Assembly (NCBI GenBank): GCA_964035545.1
Contig: OZ037767.1
Location: forward strand, 1-64,000
Reading direction: 5' to 3'
From: Bugula neritina
Lineage: Eukaryota > Animalia > Bryozoa
Length of the DNA stretch: 64,000 nucleotides
In this document: positions 1-12,200 of the stretch, in pieces
Layout: each line of letters starts with the position of its first letter
How positions within the stretch are numbered: position 1 is the first letter of the stretch
The notes under the pieces: model-generated
Databases searched by the model: none
What the model was told of the DNA's origin: nothing
Seen by the model: the letters and a program-made list of their open reading frames with translations, nothing else
Made by a program: the position numbers and the translations under genes

Positions 1-3000
1 CCCCAAACCCCAAACCCCAAACCCCAAACCCCAACCCCAAACCCCAAACCCCAACCCCAAACCCCAAACCCCAAACCCCAAACCCCAAACCCCAAACCCC
101 AACCCCCAAACCCCAAACCCCAAACCCCAAACCCCAAACCCCACCCAAACCCCAAACCCCAAACCCCAAACCCCAAACCCCAAACCCAAACCCCAACCCC
201 AAACCCCAAACCCCAAACCCCAAACCCCAAACCCCAAACCCCAAACCCCAAACCCCAAACCCCAAACCCCAAACCCCAAACCCCAAACCCCAAACCCCAA
301 ACCCCAAACCCCAAACCCCAAACCCCAAACCCCAAACCCCAAACCCCAAACCCCAAACCCCAAACCCCAAACCCCAAACCCCAAACCCCAAACCCCAAAC
401 CCCAAACCCCAAACCCAAACCCCAAACCCCAAACCCCAAACCCCAAACCCCAAACCCCAAACCCCAAACCCCAAACCCCAAACCCCAAACCCCAAACCCC
501 AAACCCCAAACCCCAAACCCCAAACCCCAAACCCCAAACCCCAAACCCCAAACCCCAAACCCCAAACCCCAAACCCCAAACCCCAAACCCCAAACCCCAA
601 ACCCCAAACCCCAAACCCCAAACCCCAAACCCCAAACCCCAAACCCCAAACCCCAAACCCCAAACCCCAAACCCCAAACCCCAAACCCCAAACCCCAAAC
701 CCCAAACCCCAAACCCCAAACCCCAAACCCCAAACCCCAAACCCCAAACCCCAAACCCCAAACCCCAAACCCCAAACCCCAAACCCCAAACCCCAAACCC
801 CAAACCCCAAACCCCAAACCCCAAACCCCAAACCCCAAACCCCAAACCCCAAACCCCAAACCCCAAACCCAAACCCCAAACCCCAAACCCCAAACCCCAA
901 ACCCCAAACCCCAAACCCCAAACCCCAAACCCCAAACCCCAAACCCCAAACCCCAAACCCCAAACCCCAAACCCCAAACCCCAAACCCCAAACCCCAAAC
1001 CCCAAACCCCAAACCCCAAACCCCAAACCCCAAACCCCAAACCCCAAACCCCAAACCCCAAACCCCAAACCCCAAACCCCAAACCCCAAACCCCAAACCC
1101 CAAACCCCAAACCCCAAACCCCAAACCCCAAACCCCAAACCCCAAACCCCAAACCCCAAACCCCAAACCCCAAACCCCAACCCCAAACCCCAAACCCCAA
1201 ACCCCAAACCCCAAACCCCAAACCCCAAACCCCAAACCCCAAACCCCAAACCCCAAACCCCAAACCCCAAACCCCAAACCCCAAACCCCAAACCCCAAAC
1301 CCCAAACCCCAAACCCCAAACCCCAAACCCCAAACCCCAAACCCCAAACCCCAAACCCCAAACCCCAAACCCCAAACCCCAAACCCCAAACCCCAAACCC
1401 CAAACCCCAAACCCCAAACCCCAAACCCCAAACCCCAAACCCCAAACCCCAAACCCCAAACCCCAAACCCCAAACCCCAAACCCCAAACCCCAAACCCCA
1501 AACCCCAAACCCCAAACCCAAACCCCAAACCCCAAACCCCAAACCCCAAACCCCAAACCCCAAACCCCAAACCCCAAACCCCAAACCCCAAACCCCAAAC
1601 CCCAAACCCCAAACCCCAAACCCCAAACCCCAAACCCCAAACCCCAAACCCCAAACCCCAAACCCCAAACCCCAAACCCCAAACCCCAAACCCCAAACCC
1701 CAAACCCCAAACCCCAAACCCCAAACCCCAAACCCCAAACCCCAAACCCCAAACCCCAAACCCCAAACCCCAAACCCCAAACCCCAAACCCCAAACCCCA
1801 AACCCCAAACCCCAAACCCCAAACCCCAAACCCCAAACCCCAAACCCCAAACCCCAAACCCCAAACCCCAAACCCCAAACCCCAAACCCCAAACCCCAAA
1901 CCCCAAACCCCAAACCCCAAACCCCAAACCCCAAACCCCAAACCCCAAACCCCAAACCCCAAACCCCAAACCCCAAACCCCAAACCCCAAACCCCAAACC
2001 CCAAACCCCAAACCCCAAACCCCAAACCCCAAACCCCAAACCCCAAACCCCAAACCCCAAACCCCAAACCCCAAACCCCAAACCCCAAACCCCAAACCCC
2101 AAACCCCAAACCCCAAACCCCAAACCCCAAACCCCAAACCCCAAACCCCAAACCCCAAACCCCAAACCCCAAACCCCAAACCCCAAACCCCAAACCCCAA
2201 ACCCCAAACCCCAAACCCCAAACCCCAAACCCCAAACCCCAAACCCCAAACCCCAAACCCCAAACCCCAAACCCCAAACCCCAAACCCCAAACCCCAAAC
2301 CCCAAACCCCAAACCCCAAACCCCAAACCCCAAACCCCAAACCCCAAACCCCAAACCCCAAACCCCAAACCCCAAACCCCAAACCCCAAACCCCAAACCC
2401 CAAACCCCAAACCCCAAACCCCAAACCCCAAACCCCAAACCCCAAACCCCAAACCCCAAACCCCAAACCCCAAACCCCAAACCCCAAACCCCAAACCCCA
2501 AACCCCAAACCCCAAACCCCAAACCCCAAACCCCAAACCCCAAACCCCAAACCCCAAACCCCAAACCCCAAACCCCAAACCCCAAACCCCAAACCCCAAA
2601 CCCCAAACCCCAAACCCCAAACCCCAAACCCCAAACCCCAAACCCCAAACCCCAAACCCCAAACCCCAAACCCCAAACCCCAAACCCCAAACCCCAAACC
2701 CCAAACCCCAAACCCCAAACCCCAAACCCCAAACCCCAAACCCCAAACCCCAAACCCCAAACCCCAAACCCCAAACCCCAAACCCCAAACCCCAAACCCC
2801 AAACCCCAAACCCCAAACCCCAAACCCCAAACCCCAAACCCCAAACCCCAAACCCCAAACCCCAAACCCCAAACCCCAAACCCCAAACCCCAAACCCCAA
2901 ACCCCAAACCCCAAACCCCAAACCCCAAACCCAAACCCCAAACCCCAAACCCCAAACCCCAAACCCCAAACCCCAAACCCCAAACCCCAAACCCCAAACC

Positions 3001-6000
3001 CCAAACCCCAAACCCCAAACCCCAAACCCCAAACCCCAAACCCCAAACCCCAAACCCCAAACCCCAAACCCCAAACCCCAAACCCCAAACCCCAAACCCC
3101 AAACCCCAAACCCCAAACCCCAAACCCCAAACCCCAAACCCCAAACCCCAAACCCCAAACCCCAAACCCCAAACCCCAAACCCCAAACCCCAAACCCCAA
3201 ACCCCAAACCCCAAACCCCAAACCCCAAACCCCAAACCCCAAACCCCAAACCCCAAACCCCAAACCCCAAACCCCAAACCCCAAACCCCAAACCCCAAAC
3301 CCCAAACCCCAAACCCCAAACCCCAAACCCCAAACCCCAAACCCCAAACCCCAAACCCCAAACCCCAAACCCCAAACCCCAAACCCCAAACCCCAAACCC
3401 CAAACCCCAAACCCCAAACCCCAAACCCCAAACCCCAAACCCCAAACCCCAAACCCCAAACCCCAAACCCCAAACCCCAAACCCCAAACCCCAAACCCCA
3501 AACCCCAAACCCCAAACCCCAAACCCCAAACCCCAAACCCCAAACCCCAAACCCCAAACCCCAAACCCCAAACCCCAAACCCCAAACCCCAAACCCCAAA
3601 CCCCAAACCCCAAACCCCAAACCCCAAACCCCAAACCCCAAACCCCAAACCCCAAACCCCAAACCCCAAACCCCAAACCCCAAACCCCAAACCCCAAACC
3701 CCAAACCCCAAACCCCAAACCCCAAACCCCAAACCCCAAACCCCAAACCCCAAACCCCAAACCCCAAACCCCAAACCCCAAACCCCAAACCCCAAACCCC
3801 AAACCCCAAACCCCAAACCCCAAACCCCAAACCCCAAACCCCAAACCCCAAACCCCAAACCCCAAACCCCAAACCCCAAACCCCAAACCCCAAACCCCAA
3901 ACCCCAAACCCCAAACCCCAAACCCCAAACCCCAAACCCCAAACCCCAAACCCCAAACCCCAAACCCCAAACCCCAAACCCCAAACCCCAAACCCCAAAC
4001 CCCAAACCCCAAACCCCAAACCCCAAACCCCAAACCCCAAACCCCAAACCCCAAACCCCAAACCCCAAACCCCAAACCCCAAACCCCAAACCCCAAACCC
4101 CAAACCCCAAACCCCAAACCCCAAACCCCAAACCCCAAACCCCAAACCCCAAACCCCAAACCCCAAACCCCAAACCCCAAACCCCAAACCCCAAACCCCA
4201 AACCCCAAACCCCAAACCCCAAACCCCAAACCCCAAACCCCAAACCCCAAACCCCAAACCCCAAACCCCAAACCCCAAACCCCAAACCCCAAACCCCAAA
4301 CCCCAAACCCCAAACCCCAAACCCCAAACCCCAAACCCCAAACCCCAAACCCCAAACCCCAAACCCCAAACCCCAAACCCCAAACCCCAAACCCCAAACC
4401 CCAAACCCCAAACCCCAAACCCCAAACCCCAAACCCCAAACCCCAAACCCCAAACCCCAAACCCCAAACCCCAAACCCCAAACCCCAAACCCCAAACCCC
4501 AAACCCCAAACCCCAAACCCCAAACCCCAAACCCCAAACCCCAAACCCCAAACCCCAAACCCCAAACCCCAAACCCCAAACCCCAAACCCCAAACCCCAA
4601 ACCCCAAACCCCAAACCCCAAACCCCAAACCCCAAACCCCAAACCCCAAACCCCAAACCCCAAACCCCAAACCCCAAACCCCAAACCCCAAACCCCAAAC
4701 CCCAAACCCCAAACCCCAAACCCCAAACCCCAAACCCCAAACCCCAAACCCCAAACCCCAAACCCCAAACCCCAAACCCCAAACCCCAAACCCCAAACCC
4801 CAAACCCCAAACCCCAAACCCCAAACCCCAAACCCCAAACCCCAAACCCCAAACCCCAAACCCCAAACCCCAAACCCCAAACCCCAAACCCCAAACCCCA
4901 AACCCCAAACCCCAAACCCCAAACCCCAAACCCCAAACCCCAAACCCCAAACCCCAAACCCCAAACCCCAAACCCCAAACCCCAAACCCCAAACCCCAAA
5001 CCCCAAACCCCAAACCCCAAACCCCAAACCCCAAACCCCAAACCCCAAACCCCAAACCCCAAACCCCAAACCCCAAACCCCAAACCCCAAACCCCAAACC
5101 CCAAACCCCAAACCCCAAACCCCAAACCCCAAACCCCAAACCCCAAACCCCAAACCCCAAACCCCAAACCCCAAACCCCAAACCCCAAACCCCAAACCCC
5201 AAACCCCAAACCCCAAACCCCAAACCCCAAACCCCAAACCCCAAACCCCAAACCCCAAACCCCAAACCCCAAACCCCAAACCCCAAACCCCAAACCCCAA
5301 ACCCCAAACCCCAAACCCCAAACCCCAAACCCCAAACCCCAAACCCCAAACCCCAAACCCCAAACCCCAAACCCCAAACCCCAAACCCCAAACCCCAAAC
5401 CCCAAACCCCAAACCCCAAACCCCAAACCCCAAACCCCAAACCCCAAACCCCAAACCCCAAACCCCAAACCCCAAACCCCAAACCCCAAACCCCAAACCC
5501 CAAACCCCAAACCCCAAACCCCAAACCCCAAACCCCAAACCCCAAACCCCAAACCCCAAACCCCAAACCCCAAACCCCAAACCCCAAACCCCAAACCCCA
5601 AACCCCAAACCCCAAACCCCAAACCCCAAACCCCAAACCCCAAACCCCAAACCCCAAACCCCAAACCCCAAACCCCAAACCCCAAACCCCAAACCCCAAA
5701 CCCCAAACCCCAAACCCCAAACCCCAAACCCCAAACCCCAAACCCCAAACCCCAAACCCCAAACCCCAAACCCCAAACCCCAAACCCCAAACCCCAAACC
5801 CCAAACCCCAAACCCCAAACCCCAAACCCCAAACCCCAAACCCCAAACCCCAAACCCCAAACCCCAAACCCCAAACCCCAAACCCCAAACCCCAAACCCC
5901 AAACCCCAAACCCCAAACCCCAAACCCCAAACCCCAAACCCCAAACCCCAAACCCCAAACCCCAAACCCCAAACCCCAAACCCCAAACCCCAAACCCCAA

Positions 6001-8210
6001 ACCCCAAACCCCAAACCCCAAACCCCAAACCCCAAACCCCAAACCCCAAACCCCAAACCCCAAACCCCAAACCCCAAACCCCAAACCCCAAACCCCAAAC
6101 CCCAAACCCCAAACCCCAAACCCCAAACCCCAAACCCCAAACCCCAAACCCCAAACCCCAAACCCCAAACCCCAAACCCCAAACCCCAAACCCCAAACCC
6201 CAAACCCCAAACCCCAAACCCCAAACCCCAAACCCCAAACCCCAAACCCCAAACCCCAAACCCCAAACCCCAAACCCCAAACCCCAAACCCCAAACCCCA
6301 AACCCCAAACCCCAAACCCCAAACCCCAAACCCCAAACCCCAAACCCCAAACCCCAAACCCCAAACCCCAAACCCCAAACCCCAAACCCCAAACCCCAAA
6401 CCCCAAACCCCAAACCCCAAACCCCAAACCCCAAACCCCAAACCCCAAACCCCAAACCCCAAACCCCAAACCCCAAACCCCAAACCCCAAACCCCAAACC
6501 CCAAACCCCAAACCCCAAACCCCAAACCCCAAACCCCAAACCCCAAACCCCAAACCCCAAACCCCAAACCCCAAACCCCAAACCCCAAACCCCAAACCCC
6601 AAACCCCAAACCCCAAACCCCAAACCCCAAACCCCAAACCCCAAACCCCAAACCCCAAACCCCAAACCCCAAACCCCAAACCCCAAACCCCAAACCCCAA
6701 ACCCCAAACCCCAAACCCCAAACCCCAAACCCCAAACCCCAAACCCCAAACCCCAAACCCCAAACCCCAAACCCCAAACCCCAAACCCCAAACCCCAAAC
6801 CCCAAACCCCAAACCCCAAACCCCAAACCCCAAACCCCAAACCCCAAACCCCAAACCCCAAACCCCAAACCCCAAACCCCAAACCCCAAACCCCAAACCC
6901 CAAACCCCAAACCCCAAACCCCAAACCCCAAACCCCAAACCCCAAACCCCAAACCCCAAACCCCAAACCCCAAACCCCAAACCCCAAACCCCAAACCCCA
7001 AACCCCAAACCCCAAACCCCAAACCCCAAACCCCAAACCCCAAACCCCAAACCCCAAACCCCAAACCCCAAACCCCAAACCCCAAACCCCAAACCCCAAA
7101 CCCCAAACCCCAAACCCCAAACCCCAAACCCCAAACCCCAAACCCCAAACCCCAAACCCCAAACCCCAAACCCCAAACCCCAAACCCCAAACCCCAAACC
7201 CCAAACCCCAAACCCCAAACCCCAAACCCCAAACCCCAAACCCCAAACCCCAAACCCCAAACCCCAAACCCCAAACCCCAAACCCCAAACCCCAAACCCC
7301 AAACCCCAAACCCCAAACCCCAAACCCCAAACCCCAAACCCCAAACCCCAAACCCCAAACCCCAAACCCCAAACCCCAAACCCCAAACCCCAAACCCCAA
7401 ACCCCAAACCCCAAACCCCAAACCCCAAACCCCAAACCCCAAACCCCAAACCCCAAACCCCAAACCCCAAACCCCAAACCCCAAACCCCAAACCCCAAAC
7501 CCCAAACCCCAAACCCCAAACCCCAAACCCCAAACCCCAAACCCCAAACCCCAAACCCCAAACCCCAAACCCCAAACCCCAAACCCCAAACCCCAAACCC
7601 CAAACCCCAAACCCCAAACCCCAAACCCCAAACCCCAAACCCCAAACCCCAAACCCCAAACCCCAAACCCCAAACCCCAAACCCCAAACCCCAAACCCCA
7701 AACCCCAAACCCCAAACCCCAAACCCCAAACCCCAAACCCCAAACCCCAAACCCCAAACCCCAAACCCCAAACCCCAAACCCCAAACCCCAAACCCCAAA
7801 CCCCAAACCCCAAACCCCAAACCCCAAACCCCAAACCCCAAACCCCAAACCCCAAACCCCAAACCCCAAACCCCAAACCCCAAACCCCAAACCCCAAACC
7901 CCAAACCCCAAACCCCAAACCCCAAACCCCAAACCCCAAACCCCAAACCCCAAACCCCAAACCCCAAACCCCAAACCCCAAACCCCAAACCCCAAACCCC
8001 AAACCCCAAACCCCAAACCCCAAACCCCAAACCCCAAACCCCAAACCCCAAACCCCAAACCCCAAACCCCAAACCCCAAACCCCAAACCCCAAACCCCAA
8101 ACCCCAAACCCCAAACCCCAAACCCCAAACCCCAAACCCCAAACCCCAAACCCCAAACCCCAAACCCCAAACCCCAAACCCCAAACCCCAAACCCCAAAC
8201 CCCAAACCCC
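1..8210. repeat. Telomeric array (CCCCAAA)n / (TTTGGGG)n, ~1170 copies, C-rich strand on + (left chromosome end)
   Basis: Near-perfect 7-bp tandem repeat from base 1. Rare 6-mer slips (CCCAAA, CCCCAA), mostly in the distal part. Orientation is as expected for a left chromosome end. Confidence 0.97.
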
Positions 8211-8438
8211 GGACCCCAAACCCCGGACCCCGGACCCCGGACCCCGGACCCCGGACCCCGGACCCCGGACCCCGGACCCCGAACCCCGAACCCCGGACCC
8301 CGGACCCCGGACCCCGGACCCCGGACCCCGGACCCCGGACCCCGGACCCCGGACCCCAGACCCCAGACCCCGGACCCCGGACCCCGGACCCCGGACCCCG
8401 GACCCCAGACCCCAGACCCCAGACCCCAGACCCCAAAC
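8211..8438. repeat. Proximal telomere-variant repeats (CCCCGGA, CCCCAGA, CCCCGAA)
   Basis: About 30 units that keep the 7-bp period and C4 tract but carry A->G substitutions. Ends ccccaaac at the junction with unique DNA. Confidence 0.95.
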
Positions 8439-9039
8439 GCCAAGTCTCACAATTTTAGAACCTCACAAACCACTATTTTTCATGATCATACAATTAGCAA
8501 GGCGACCAAACTTACTCAACTATCATTTGCCCATGACATTGGAACTTAAAGATTAAGTTAGTGGAACTATACTCTAATGTTGGCCTCTTTTGGCTAGTTT
8601 TCTGACTTTTTGCTATACACTGAGCTCATTCAGCAACTTTATGCTTATATATGGACAGTGTGCCAAACTCGTGATCAGATACATAATGCTGCATTCGTTT
8701 GGTCTGTAGTTTATTTAGCATACTTCATTGAAGTTAGCATACCAACCACATAACCTTCCATTGGTGGTTTTATACACAACTTTACATCTCTATCATTTCT
8801 TACAGTCACTCTTCAGCATGTTAGAGTTATCCTCATTTTAAATTGAATGAAACTTGTAATATTTAAAAGTATATTGGCCTCATGATTTATATAATTTTTC
8901 ATGCTTTTTATGGCTATGGTTTTCAAACCTAATGCTTCACCTATTCTCTCCCGTTTCTTATCAATGAATCATCTTAATATTATACACCTAATCTATAGCT
9001 CGCACCCTCTTCAGTCTGTTGTCATTTTCAATACTTGTT

Positions 9040-9240
9040 CAACCAATGGACAGCCGCTATTCACAGCTCATGGATTATAAGTCCGTGCACGGCTAGTCAT
9101 GCGTCACGATACATGACGTAACAAGCACGTGTTCAATCGTGGTCCTAACTGGATTGCCATTCATCATTCATTCGTCTGAACCGACATTGATGTCTTCTGC
9201 AAGTTCTGTCTAGGGAATCCTTAACGCTGTCGCGGTAATT
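9040..9240 (+). promoter_or_regulatory. Putative subtelomeric Pol II promoter and first exon
   Basis: Local CpG enrichment in an AT-rich background. CCAAT 9043, TTATAA 9075, CRE-like GCGTCA 9101 / TGACGTA 9114, E-box CACGTG 9126, donor-like G|GTAATT at 9235. Confidence 0.4.
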
Positions 9241-12200
9241 TGTTTGTATTAACTGCTAGTTCAATTAAATTTCAAGCCGCGGCTCCTTGGATTTAATTTT
9301 AATCGTTTTCATTTTATGTTAAACTTCATCATTAAGATTATGTTAGTAATAGTAACACTAAGGCTAATGACTTGGGTAATGCCATTCGACTATAGAGTAA
9401 TAGTAGCTCACTTGACTATTGTTAGTAGTTTTAGTAGCTTATTAGTATTACCATTACTAACACAAATACTTGCACTTGACAGTTGTAGTGAGAGTAATAT
9501 TAATAGTTATAGTATTAGTTGTCATTTTTGTTTTTATTATCAGAATAAATATCAATATGATATTGATAACCACAGGTAACAAAAGTCGATGATGATTATC
9601 ATTATAATGTCAACTATTAGTATTATTATAATAATTACAATCATAACTGCAATGCCTATTAATGATTATGATAATAATTTAAATTTAAATTATTATATTG
9701 ATTATTATTCTCGTTTTTATTCTCTTCCGGGCTCCCGTTTTATTTTATTTTCCCACAACTCAAACCTCTGGCTCTACTGGTAACTTATAAGCATGACTAT
9801 GACCATTAGTGATTTAGTCATAATTGTAATGAAATGTTATTTCAAGTTGGGTGTCTTTATTTGTAATTCTTTCGTCTAGTTTTAGTACTTGTTCTAGTCT
9901 CTTGGAAATTGGGTTTTATGCATATTGATATTCATTATTATAATCACTACTATTCTACTTTGTTACCATCAGTATATGACTACGAAAATTTATATTCATT
10001 CAAATTGATGTTATGAATAGAGTAAAAATTTCACTCCATTAGTTGTGTTTGTTTTTATACTAATGACAAATAGGTAATAGTAATATAAAAATATAATCTG
10101 TTTTGTATTTTCATACTCGAGTTTATGTAATATTAGAATGGTAATTTGTTCCTATTTTTCATTCATTTAAGTTAGTCAGTGTGAACTCATTTTCAGTTCA
10201 AAATAAATTAATTTTAGTTTTGACAATTTTTTCCCTCATTCCCTATTAAGTATTTTCATACTGTTTAAACACCATGATCATGCTCAGATTTGGCCAAAGT
10301 TGATTTTTTTAAATCACTACTCAATATTTCGAGGCAATCACTTTCACCATTACGACCTGCTTCTTGTAATCTACTGTATTTGGATGAATAGCGTTTACAA
10401 AGTCAATAATGATCCTAATTATAACACTTCATCTGCTGTATTCAGATTAGTAACACATGCAGGCAGTAAAATGCTTTTATGACTGCTGTTTTCACTTCAC
10501 TCTGCTTCACTTTTGCCATTTCTATTTGTTCACGTTTTCTCAGATTTGTGTAAAAGCTGTTGTTTGTTTCTTCTCAGTATTTTTATGTTAGTTCTCTCCA
10601 GTTTTTCAGTTCAAACCCCAAACCCCATTTTACATATTATCTAATATTGTAAAACATACCAAATTTTCCATCTGTTTAAATTTCTGGTTCACATTTTGAA
10701 TATTCTAGTCATTTGTAGAGGAAACTTGCAGTCTTTTCTAAATATCATCTACATACCTGTATAGTTACATATCTATTCTATTGTGTGTTTTTAATAATCA
10801 ATAATGTTATAATTTTATTATCGGCTAACTCTGCTAATGGGAATTTGTGCAGCTTGCTGCTTGCTCCTAATGTAGTTGTCTTCTCTTGTTTTCTCGAAGT
10901 TCCATTACGAAGTTGTCTTCTTTTGTTTTCCTGAACTCTCCTAATGTAGTTGTCTTCTCTCAGTTTCTTTAAATATGGTATTCAAAGGCTCACACTTGCA
11001 AATTGTCTGCTCTGTCAGTAAGAATAGTTTGATCAGTTTATTGTGACTCCGCAGCCTCCAGACTAGGGAAGTATTTTGTTCTCACTTGGTAACTATGTTT
11101 AGCTTGCTGGTCACAATCAGGTATATTTGCTAGCTTTATTATTTATTAGGTTATGGCTCTTTCAACAAATCATATTTCAACTTAATTAAGCATGATGACA
11201 CTCTTCTACTTATTTAAGTAATGATTAATCTTCAAGATTAAATGTGATAGTTTTGTATTTTTCCATTTCTCATTTTTTTGCTTTTTCTACTGCTGTTGTA
11301 ATAAATGAGCTGTATTTAGAATTTTATGTTTATTTCATTGTTTTTCATCATATGCAACACCACATTTTTATAAACTACTTTATTCTTACAGTAACTGGTG
11401 TGATGGTCACATGGTCAGCTACTAGACAACCAACCAATTGGGTATAAAGGTGGACAAAGTCATTCTAGATTATTCTTGGCATGTGTCAGCTGTAAGAGCT
11501 ATATGGAGGTAATACTTATGAAGTATAACATGTCTTCTTGATGAAGCTATTTATCTAAAGAATTGTTCACAAATTTTCATTTAATCACAATTCAACAAGT
11601 AAACAGTTTCAAACTTTTCATCAAGTTGTATTTTCAAGAATTACCAATTATAGTTGAACTCAAGTTAAACTGATATAGTATTTTACTTCTCTGTAAGTTG
11701 TTTCACAAGACTCATTACGTTACTAGATTTCCTACTTATATCATACATCTGTATTATATGCATGAGTAGAGAAGTTTGATGTTGGTTTAATCATTTATCC
11801 AGTTAGAAACTTTAGATATAACATATACTCCTATACAGTATTAACATAGTGTTGAGTGTTTTCTGAATGCTTGGAATCTACTTATTAATTTGTCAGTTTG
11901 GAGGAAAAAATTTTACAGGTTATGTTTCTGTTGCCATAAATCAAGCTTCTTTTTTTCTATTGTATTTTGAACAAGTTTATTTACTACTTTTTGTGTTACA
12001 GGATGTGTAGGGAACAGCAACCTGTACTCTTTTTCTCCCTGTGTTATTCTTCCCATCTCGGTAAGCTTCATCTGTATCTGTTCTTGGTATGTATTATTGT
12101 AAATCTTTGTTTTCTAGTTCTAGTTTTCTATTGTAAATCTTTGTTTTCTAGTTCTTTAATCACTCTCTGTTGTTATATCATAGCTTCTACTTCTCTTACT

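Noticed and set aside
1-2940. Occasional 6-bp or altered units in the distal telomere as true variants
   Set aside because: Homopolymer-length changes clustered toward the tip, where coverage is usually lowest; cannot be told apart from sequencing error.
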